64,000 nt of DNA. It comes from Dudresnaya verticillata (taxonomy: Eukaryota). Location: positions 1,798,001-1,862,000 of the forward strand of contig OZ374561.1 in assembly GCA_977862235.1 (NCBI GenBank), given 5' to 3'. Under the pieces are notes generated by a model, which worked only from the letters and a program-made list of their open reading frames with translations, made no database searches and was not told the origin of the DNA. Shown in pieces: positions 56,193-64,000 of the stretch. Position 1 is the stretch's first letter; each line of letters begins with the position of its first letter. A program made the position numbers and the translations under genes.

Positions 56193-57863
56193 ATGGACGC
56201 GCTCTTTGACCCCTCTGCCATGCCGACGTCGTCGGCCGACGACGACTTGCTGTTCTTCTTCTCGTCCCCGACCACGGACGGCTGCGCCCCGCCGCCGCCG
56301 CCGCCCACTATTCCGTTCCGTCCCGACACTCTGTCGGCCGTCACCAACGCCGCATCCACCGCCGCCGCCGCCGCCTCGGACCCGTTCGCCCATCTCAGCT
56401 CCATCATCACCGCCGCCACCTCGCAACACCTGCCTAGCGGGCCGCTACTGCCACTCCCACTCGCCCCACCCGCCATTAAGGCCGAGGTCACGCTCAAGCC
56501 TGACGGTACTGTCCTTCCCGAGCCGGCCACTCCACCGCGCAACTCTGCATCGAGGAAGCAAACCCAGTCGTCGTCGGATGACGACTCCGCACCCTCGCCA
56601 AGGCGTAGCCTCGCTCGCCTGGGAGGGAAGAAGCGTTCACTGGAGGAAATGCATGCCGTTGCAAAACGCAACGCCCCCAATGCGTCTTTGGCCGATCACG
56701 AGTTAGAGCAGATTAGCCGCATGCACGAGTCCGACGCTAGTCTCGCCGAATCGCGACAGCTCTACACTTCGCTTGTGCAATTCAAGAAGGCTCTTGCCAC
56801 GTTTGGATATCGTATCAACTCCATGTACGTGGACGCCGCGCCAAGAGAAAAAGCTGCTGAGAGTGAGTCCGCTCCCTTCGCCTTCGTCCTGAACAAAACC
56901 CCGGCTCCTGCAAGTACTCCCGCACAGGCCCCTGATGACCAGTCGGATCGGTCTGCCAGCGGGGACGAGCTTACGGCTGCCGCTGGTGTTGCTACGGGCA
57001 CCACCACCACCGCAGCTGTCGACAGCGCTATCGCTGATGGCGCGGGCAGCAAGAAAAGGCAGTCTGTCACGATGTCCAACACTGATAACTCCAGTGGCGG
57101 TGGTAGTGGTAGTGGTAGTCGTGATGGAAGGGGAGATGGTGAGCCGGTTCGTAAGCGTGTGCGGACTGGCTCGAAGGCACACGCGCTATGGACGCGACAT
57201 TGTTGCGCGGTATGCACGAAGAAGATGTCTGACAGTGGGACGCTTGTTCGTCATTTCCGACATGCGCACCAGGAGAAGAAACCTTTCCAATGCCCAAAGT
57301 GTGGGGGCTTTTACTCGTCTGAGGGCACGCTGTGGCACCACATTAGCAACGTGCACTCGGACACCCGACGGATCCACAAGTGCGAGTATTGTGATGCATC
57401 GTATGACTCCTCAGGTGCAAAGACGCGGCACGTGCATGGCACGCACCACGTGAAGAAGCCGTTGTTTGCCTGCCCTGTGCCGGACTGCCGGCGCACGTTT
57501 GTGTTCCCTGCACACCTTGAAACACATGCCGCCATGGACCACGACGGATTCAAGCCTTTCCAGTGCCGCGCGTGTCTCAAGTCGTTCTCCAGTGCAAACG
57601 GACTGGTGCGGCATGCGCGCGAGGTACACCGCAGGGAGAAGGCTTACACGTGTCCATTGTGCAGCGCCGGCCTGACTAAGCGATGCCACCTGAAGCGGCA
57701 CCTTCTCAATGTGCACCACCTGTCGCCTGACAGTGTTGATGAGGAGATGAAGCGGCACCCCAACCCTGGGGACATATCGGTGGTGGTGCCTACGGTGGCT
57801 AGCGTCGGGATGCCAGCAAGTGGCGACATATCCAGCACGCCGCGCTCCGTTACACCGGGATAA
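56193..57863 (+). CDS. C2H2 zinc-finger transcription factor (six tandem fingers)
   Basis: CAVC, CPKC, CEYC, CPVPDC, CRAC and CPLC fingers with KPF-type linkers; basic NLS-like patches. Confidence 0.9.
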   Translation: MDALFDPSAMPTSSADDDLLFFFSSPTTDGCAPPPPPPTIPFRPDTLSAVTNAASTAAAAASDPFAHLSSIITAATSQHLPSGPLLPLPLAPPAIKAEVTLKPDGTVLPEPATPPRNSASRKQTQSSSDDDSAPSPRRSLARLGGKKRSLEEMHAVAKRNAPNASLADHELEQISRMHESDASLAESRQLYTSLVQFKKALATFGYRINSMYVDAAPREKAAESESAPFAFVLNKTPAPASTPAQAPDDQSDRSASGDELTAAAGVATGTTTTAAVDSAIADGAGSKKRQSVTMSNTDNSSGGGSGSGSRDGRGDGEPVRKRVRTGSKAHALWTRHCCAVCTKKMSDSGTLVRHFRHAHQEKKPFQCPKCGGFYSSEGTLWHHISNVHSDTRRIHKCEYCDASYDSSGAKTRHVHGTHHVKKPLFACPVPDCRRTFVFPAHLETHAAMDHDGFKPFQCRACLKSFSSANGLVRHAREVHRREKAYTCPLCSAGLTKRCHLKRHLLNVHHLSPDSVDEEMKRHPNPGDISVVVPTVASVGMPASGDISSTPRSVTPG

Positions 57864-58351
57864 GCACTTATACTGGCGCATTACGTAATTTCAGTCACGC
57901 TGCGTTACATCTGGCTGCTACACTATTGGATGTTTCTTGATCTTGCTCGTTTGCATCGGGGCGGAGCACACAATCCAACACCATGTCTGTCGGGTTGCTA
58001 TTGAAGCACGAAAAGAGCAGCAAGGGCAATCGGCAGCCTCCTCTTCCGACGTGCGCGTCCCAGCAGTCCAGTGTGTTACTTGTTTACGGTACAAGAGATT
58101 TGTCTCTGCTTAGCTTAGCGCGGTCGATGTGTAACGGTTTACAGGACTCTTCGTCAATTTTACGGTACTGGACTGGTTCTGGACTCCACGTTACCAGGTT
58201 TGGGCCGCACCCAGCAACATAGCAGCGCAAGGCTGTCTGCCGACGCTTGTATTTGACAATTCTCTTTATGCGCTTTTTTGCGCTGCCGGGCTTCTGAGAC
58301 CAGATTGTGTACAACATCTCTACGTTGCCTCTCACTTTCGCTAAATTGCAG

Positions 58352-61300
58352 CTAATGGCTCAATCTTGCAATCACATCGTCAACATCCTTGAACAACTGC
58401 TGCGCATCTTCCTCTTTCTCGTCGTCAATTTCTGCGTTACGTGCGAGACAGCGTACGAATTCCTTCTCGTCTCCAATCCTGCGAATATACCCTTCCCATC
58501 TCTCATTGACGCTATCCCCGAATCCCTGCGCAAAAGTCTCATCCAACCCAATATGGCGGCGTAGGCTATCCAACCAATGCTGCCCGTCAACAACCTTCAC
58601 TTTCGCCTTAAGTCTTCGATTCACAAGGTCACTGAATGCAATCAATCTAAACAATACTTCACTCTTGAGCACTTTGTCTATCAGTCCCCTTCTCAAAAAT
58701 CCCCGCAGCGATGATTTCCATGCCAACAGCGGTTGCAGGACAAGTGCTGAAGCGAGGTAGTAGGTGATATCTCCAATTTCCTCTTCCTCAACGAACTTCG
58801 TTAGTGCAGCCTCTTGCGTTAGCAAACTGCTATTGCTGTCAAACAAATCCTTTGCATCTCCATTCTTTTGGGGTGCAACCTCCACCATGTAGATGGCCAA
58901 CTGCACAAAATGAGGAATCAAGCACGCATTCGAGTGAGGCCCGCCTCCCTTGGCATGCTCCGAAAACACTGATGTACCACCATCTGCAAAGCGAAGCATA
59001 CATCTTCCAAGATCATATGTTACGCCCTTCGCGTGCGACAGACTCGTCCGACCAAGGGACGATAGCCTCCCAAAGTACCCATCGACGGCTGCAGAATAGC
59101 TCATCTTCGCAGATTTAGCAATGCTTTCGTCACCACGGTTATCATCATCGCCCTTAAACGACGCTGGTGGTCGTACCGGGAACAAGTTGTTGCATCTCGT
59201 CTGCGAATTCCGAAGTGAAGCACCGTCCCACTCGTCTCTTCGAGAAGTCCTATCTACCCTTGCAGCTTCCTTGTGACATGCCAGGTGGATTGCGTTCAAA
59301 TGGGTAACAGTTGTGTAGCAAGAGTTACCACCGGACCGGGAGGGTAATCCATTTGCGCTTCTAGTTCTTCCTGATGACCAGATCTCTAGCTCGACTCTAG
59401 ATGATCCCTGAACTGATCCCAAAACCGTCTCTGATCCTCCCTTCGCAGACGAGCTCGGGAGCCCGATGGAAAGATCTAAAGGGACTTTCCTGCAGTGCAC
59501 ATAGAAAGCAAGCGCGTCTTCCGGCCTGCATCGAAATCCATCACCGCAAACCACACATGATGGGCCAATCTCATCAGGAAGCTCTTCTATAAGCTGTTGA
59601 ACGAAATCTGCATCCCGGGTGCCAGTATCTGGACTCTCGCGGGGAGTATCGATCTTTGATACCTCTCCTTGTGGCCCTAGTCCTATCAGTCCGCTCTCTC
59701 GCAAGATTGCCATCCTTGATGCAGTTGCTGCCTTCCTCCTCGCCTTCTTAATTGCTTCTCTTTCACTGTCTATCTTAACCCTGATATCATCGTCTTTTCC
59801 AAGAGCCTCAAGCAGCTCCTCGGCGGTAGTACCGATAGCGTTGTCGGACACAGCCATTTCAAGCTGACATAGAACAGGAATAATCTTAGTCTGTTCTGCC
59901 AATATTTCTCGAAGCAATGAACTTGCTCCTTGCCTGCTTTGTTTTACATGAAGGAAAAGACTGAGGCTTGTAAGAAGTCGGAGAACAAGCGGTGGCCCCG
60001 GGCGTTCCAAGGCTTCTCCCCATTCCGTCTTGTGATCGTTTCTCGGAATTGGAAACTTCTTCACGATGTACTCAACAGCGTTCACTCCAATTTCCGTCCT
60101 TATCGTCTGCTGCGCGAAGGTGTCTCCGCGCAAATCGTTTGGTGTTGCAAAGAGGACGGTTCCGAGTTGTTTTGCTTTTTTCTGGTCATTAGCGCTTCCA
60201 TCAATAGTCTCGCATGAGAAGTGGAAATACTCCAGAACAACATCAATAGCTGCTGGAACACCTTGAATGAGGAATGGCAAAAGATGCAGAATAGAATTTT
60301 CTGCTTTTGGCCATGTTGCCACGGCTAGGCGTCCAAGGAACACACGTACACGCGAGAGTACGTCGTCTGGGTCATCAGAAGACAAGCTGACAGCATCTGG
60401 CATTCTTGAAATGTCGTTCTCGAGCTCCTTTCTCTGTTGTGCGAGAATCTGCTCCGCAGCAATCAGCAGTGATTCCGCTGAGATTACAGCAGTAGGACTT
60501 CCTTGGGCGTGCTCAAAAGCAGATGCCGCACAGTCAAGAAGTGTCCGTACTGCGTCAGAACTTTTCGCTAGTAGTGTCCTGTTCTGTGCCACCTCGCAAG
60601 AAGCACGCAATAGCCTTAATGCTGGTGCCCGCACAGCTGTCTCCGCGTCATCTCCCCATGATCCTACGATGGCAAGCAATTCGAAGAGCACGCCCAGACC
60701 ACCGACTTCACCAAATATTATGGTATCTGCGTACAGCTCTTCCACGTCTTCGTCGTCATTCGTCTCTGTTGGCAAGGAATCCACTATAGGTTCGGTTGCT
60801 TCACCATCGAGGCCCGACAAGCGGTAAATTATAGTCATTGGTGGTTCAGCTCTCGAATCCGATCTCCCGTCTTCCTCGGAGCTGTCCCGATCGTTGTTAA
60901 CGCGCCGGAACGTAAGGATTGTGCTTCTCATGCCGACATTCCGAGACCCATGCATGTTCCCTCTGGAGTGCGTTGGAGATGCACGACGCAAACCAAATGT
61001 TCTAGTAATTTGCGTCGGCTGTATCGCAGAGGACATTGCAGCTGCAGAACCCCGCCACACGTGATTGTATACACCCATGATGGGCAGGTCAAGCTTCACA
61101 AGGTTTCCTGCCACCAGCAACTCCATGGCGAAATCGTCCTCTAGTAAGCCGGGTAGGTCCAAGTCCTTACAGATCTTGTTCTTCACGTCTCTCATTAAGG
61201 GCCCTTCGAAGGCGGAAGAGGGATATGGGTTGCGAGACATGCTCCCACGAATAAATTCCTCTTGCGTTGGTGCCTTGTTGAGAGACAAGTAGCAAATCGG

Positions 61301-64000
61301 TTCTTTCCTTTCCGGACATAGCATCTGGCACAGCTGTTCCAAGAGAATTCCTATAGCTTGCGCATCATTTCTCTCCTTTGCCGATTTGAGCTCTGAAACA
61401 CAAGCGGATACCACAGCAGAAACCGTTGGACCTGCAAATAGCAGCTCTTTGGATAGTAGAACTTCGCAAAGTTGTGCCCCACATTCATCCGTAAGCTTCG
61501 TCCTCAACGAAATGAGTTTTCTCATGCAAATATAAGCTCTCTGTAGAGACCAAACAAGCTTGTAATTATCGACCCTGAACAACTTTTCCCGCAAAGCAAT
61601 TCGCTGTGAGGGAATCACATCTAGAGTTAGGCGCAGAAGGCAGAGCAGCCGTTTCAAAGAGTATCCCTCCAGAAAGTTGACAAGCCGTAAGGACGACTCA
61701 GCGTTCGCTTCAGAGAGAATAAGGCGTTCAGCTCTACTGCGAATGATGGCTGCCAACCTGGGCAGAAATCCTTTTGCGATTAGATATAGCCGGTGGCTGC
61801 GAGACATTAGCGTTGATTCCAGCAGGTCAAAGTATTCTTTCGACTTCTCACCAACATCAGCTCCAAGAGAAAGAGCGGAACCAGTCAAGACATCCAGGAG
61901 CTGCAATTGTAAGGCCTCCTCCTGGCCGCAGAGGAGTTGAAGCAGGGAACAAGCTTCCTTACGAACAGTTGCACAGGGAGTAAAGAGCATTAGTCTGACA
62001 ATCCAGTTATCCTTTTCGATAGAGAGACGTTTCATGTTTTGCGAACCAGTTTCGTCATCATTCAACAACTCGGCATTAGATTGAGTCTTCTCCTCCAAAA
62101 CAAGTTGTTTCCAAGCAGAGAACAGAATCTTCAAGTACGAGGGGCAGTTTGACGCCTCTGCAGAGCTACTTGCCACCTGCTTCCGGGCACATTTCACAGA
62201 CCTCTCCTTCATCTCTGCAATCCATACTGACTGATCGAAGCGCCCTTCTAACCACTGACCCACATCCGCACTCAAAAGTTTTGAGTCATGATCGCTCTCG
62301 AGCATATTACTGACAATGCGAATGTCGATATCGGCGTCTTGACGTTGGGCATGGGCGTGGCCTTCTTCATCCGATATATGCCCATCAAATGCAGTGCCAA
62401 TGCTAGACGGGGCCCTGGAGCCAGACATGAAATCAGATCCACCTCGAGAAGTCATTTGCCGCCTTTCTTCAGGACGGGTCGGCTCCCTCGATCCGACGGA
62501 AGAGGGCGCGTCGACAGAAGTTCCAAGATTCGTTCCATTAAACACGCTATGTGCCAGCAGCAAGGTCATCGGGTCATCTGCAGCTTCAGCTCTCGCAATG
62601 CGGTCAGCCATTGCATCGGCTGAATCACCAATTGGACCTTCCGTATCCCGTACTGAGTGTGATAGTGTTGCTTGTACGGAATGATCTATCTCGTCGTTCT
62701 CGGTTTCGCTGTTTTCCGAGGCCTGCAGAGGCTGAGCTTCGTGACTTGTTATATCCGTAGCGCTCTCATACCCTTCGATTCCAGAAGAGTTCTCTAGGAC
62801 GGTGAGCTCAGACTCTGCTCGCATTAGCCGTAGTGCTACTCGAAGACATGGTAGAATGACACTCTCTGCAACGGAGGAACATGTCAAAGCCCGACTAGAG
62901 GATTTAAAGAGAAGTCTTATGACCAATCTGAGGCGTTCTTCCCAGCAGTTGTCATCTATTGTTGCAGTAGTTTCAAGAATGGCCATTTCAAAACGAGCAA
63001 CAGAGTGAGCATCAATCGTTTCGAACGATTCGATGCAGAATTCTATCTTGCGAGCAAGTTCTTTGCACACGAGTTGAGTGGCGTGCAGGTTGTCGTTGAC
63101 CAAGTGACTGATTAGGTCTCGAATATTTCCTCGTACATCCGACTTTTCACACAACGAACAAACAAGCATCATAGTTCTCGCAAGGTCCGAAGTGTGCAGT
63201 GAGGATGCGGCGGCGCTATCCCTGCTAACAATTGTCTGAACCAACCGGACACATTTTGAAATGAAGGACTGAGTACATCCATAGCAGCATGACGTTGTGA
63301 GTCCTGATGAATAGGGGTTAGCTTCTGCCTGCAGCGCAGGCGACTCATTATTGAGCTCTTGCGTGCTGGTTTCCACGGCGATGTCGTTCGCATACTGCAG
63401 GCGGCTCCCGCCGACAGCATTTGCATACCGAACAAGCTCTGCTCTTGTTAAGGTAAGTACCCGGATTCCCCTGCTCATCGTTGTGTATATCGAGCGGCAG
63501 TCCTTTGAGTAGGTGGCCGATAATGAGACAGCCGTTTTGCTGACGATCCCATTCTCTGCCTGAGAAATACGTGATTGAGCCCCTCTGTTTAAAGGCGATG
63601 CCACACTCGATGTCGTTGGATTGTTCTGCCCTCGTTCACTGGGATCCGCAGATCCGCTACTCTCTGCGATGACCTCCTCAGTAATGCTGATCCCACCTTG
63701 CGTTGAATTTGCAGCTTCTTCGATTTCGTGGGATGTTTGGCCTTCAAGCAATGCCTCGAGGACAGCTATATCCGTCCGTGGTGCAACTGAATCTAGCAAA
63801 TCAGCAAGACCGATCCTCGCATTGCCAAGTATTCTGCCTCTCTCCTTCGTTTCCTCTGTAGGAATACCGGAATTAAGTGAACGAATGATTGAAGAACGCA
63901 TTCGGGTTAGCTGGTCCATACAACGGTGGACGTTGCTTGTTTCCTTCTCAATCGTTCTTGATGCCCGCTTGCGGTCGTCCTCATTCGTGATACGCTCTGC
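58352..64000 (-). CDS. UBR4: BIG/UBR4-like giant E3 ligase, C-terminal part (5' end outside the window)
   Basis: QEEFIRGSMSRNPY, GPLMRDVKNKIC, MELLVAGNLV.LDL, YRLSGLDGEATE, CVVCGDG..TVTHLNAIHLACH, EWDGASLRNSQTRCNNLFP. Confidence 0.93.
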   Translation of the reverse strand, partial: AERITNEDDRKRASRTIEKETSNVHRCMDQLTRMRSSIIRSLNSGIPTEETKERGRILGNARIGLADLLDSVAPRTDIAVLEALLEGQTSHEIEEAANSTQGGISITEEVIAESSGSADPSERGQNNPTTSSVASPLNRGAQSRISQAENGIVSKTAVSLSATYSKDCRSIYTTMSRGIRVLTLTRAELVRYANAVGGSRLQYANDIAVETSTQELNNESPALQAEANPYSSGLTTSCCYGCTQSFISKCVRLVQTIVSRDSAAASSLHTSDLARTMMLVCSLCEKSDVRGNIRDLISHLVNDNLHATQLVCKELARKIEFCIESFETIDAHSVARFEMAILETTATIDDNCWEERLRLVIRLLFKSSSRALTCSSVAESVILPCLRVALRLMRAESELTVLENSSGIEGYESATDITSHEAQPLQASENSETENDEIDHSVQATLSHSVRDTEGPIGDSADAMADRIARAEAADDPMTLLLAHSVFNGTNLGTSVDAPSSVGSREPTRPEERRQMTSRGGSDFMSGSRAPSSIGTAFDGHISDEEGHAHAQRQDADIDIRIVSNMLESDHDSKLLSADVGQWLEGRFDQSVWIAEMKERSVKCARKQVASSSAEASNCPSYLKILFSAWKQLVLEEKTQSNAELLNDDETGSQNMKRLSIEKDNWIVRLMLFTPCATVRKEACSLLQLLCGQEEALQLQLLDVLTGSALSLGADVGEKSKEYFDLLESTLMSRSHRLYLIAKGFLPRLAAIIRSRAERLILSEANAESSLRLVNFLEGYSLKRLLCLLRLTLDVIPSQRIALREKLFRVDNYKLVWSLQRAYICMRKLISLRTKLTDECGAQLCEVLLSKELLFAGPTVSAVVSACVSELKSAKERNDAQAIGILLEQLCQMLCPERKEPICYLSLNKAPTQEEFIRGSMSRNPYPSSAFEGPLMRDVKNKICKDLDLPGLLEDDFAMELLVAGNLVKLDLPIMGVYNHVWRGSAAAMSSAIQPTQITRTFGLRRASPTHSRGNMHGSRNVGMRSTILTFRRVNNDRDSSEEDGRSDSRAEPPMTIIYRLSGLDGEATEPIVDSLPTETNDDEDVEELYADTIIFGEVGGLGVLFELLAIVGSWGDDAETAVRAPALRLLRASCEVAQNRTLLAKSSDAVRTLLDCAASAFEHAQGSPTAVISAESLLIAAEQILAQQRKELENDISRMPDAVSLSSDDPDDVLSRVRVFLGRLAVATWPKAENSILHLLPFLIQGVPAAIDVVLEYFHFSCETIDGSANDQKKAKQLGTVLFATPNDLRGDTFAQQTIRTEIGVNAVEYIVKKFPIPRNDHKTEWGEALERPGPPLVLRLLTSLSLFLHVKQSRQGASSLLREILAEQTKIIPVLCQLEMAVSDNAIGTTAEELLEALGKDDDIRVKIDSEREAIKKARRKAATASRMAILRESGLIGLGPQGEVSKIDTPRESPDTGTRDADFVQQLIEELPDEIGPSCVVCGDGFRCRPEDALAFYVHCRKVPLDLSIGLPSSSAKGGSETVLGSVQGSSRVELEIWSSGRTRSANGLPSRSGGNSCYTTVTHLNAIHLACHKEAARVDRTSRRDEWDGASLRNSQTRCNNLFPVRPPASFKGDDDNRGDESIAKSAKMSYSAAVDGYFGRLSSLGRTSLSHAKGVTYDLGRCMLRFADGGTSVFSEHAKGGGPHSNACLIPHFVQLAIYMVEVAPQKNGDAKDLFDSNSSLLTQEAALTKFVEEEEIGDITYYLASALVLQPLLAWKSSLRGFLRRGLIDKVLKSEVLFRLIAFSDLVNRRLKAKVKVVDGQHWLDSLRRHIGLDETFAQGFGDSVNERWEGYIRRIGDEKEFVRCLARNAEIDDEKEEDAQQLFKDVDDVIARLSH

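Overview
Eukaryotic nuclear DNA that looks like a florideophyte red alga (Chondrus/Gracilaria-like). This is inferred from compact, nearly intron-free genes, a plastid-type dihydrolipoamide dehydrogenase and a divergent beta-tubulin with a 5' intron. Two gene-dense arms flank the centre. 0.5-13 kb holds PEX4, PRKRIP1-like, UVSSA-like, beta-tubulin, plastid LPD, tRNA-Arg, a Pro-rich protein and RPL18. 44-64 kb holds a malectin protein, MPP-beta, zeta-COP, tRNA-Pro, MUTYH, a C2H2 factor and the 3' part of BIG/UBR4. The centre is a 21-kb nest of four LTR-retrotransposon insertions, each with an intact 5-bp TSD: a GalEa-like Copia (17510-38724), an inverted solo LTR in its 5' LTR, a young 14-kb chromovirus Gypsy (18801-32947), and a second solo LTR in the Gypsy pol leader. 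Undoing the nest by hand gives the most interesting signals. (i) The Copia has an extra ORF before gag with JAZ/matrin-type zinc fingers, a palindrome in place of a tRNA primer site, and a -1 gag/pol slippery site. (ii) The Gypsy has an intact 758-aa antisense ORF with SUMO-type motifs. Both ORFs are candidate retroelement counter-silencing factors; that function is inference and untested.
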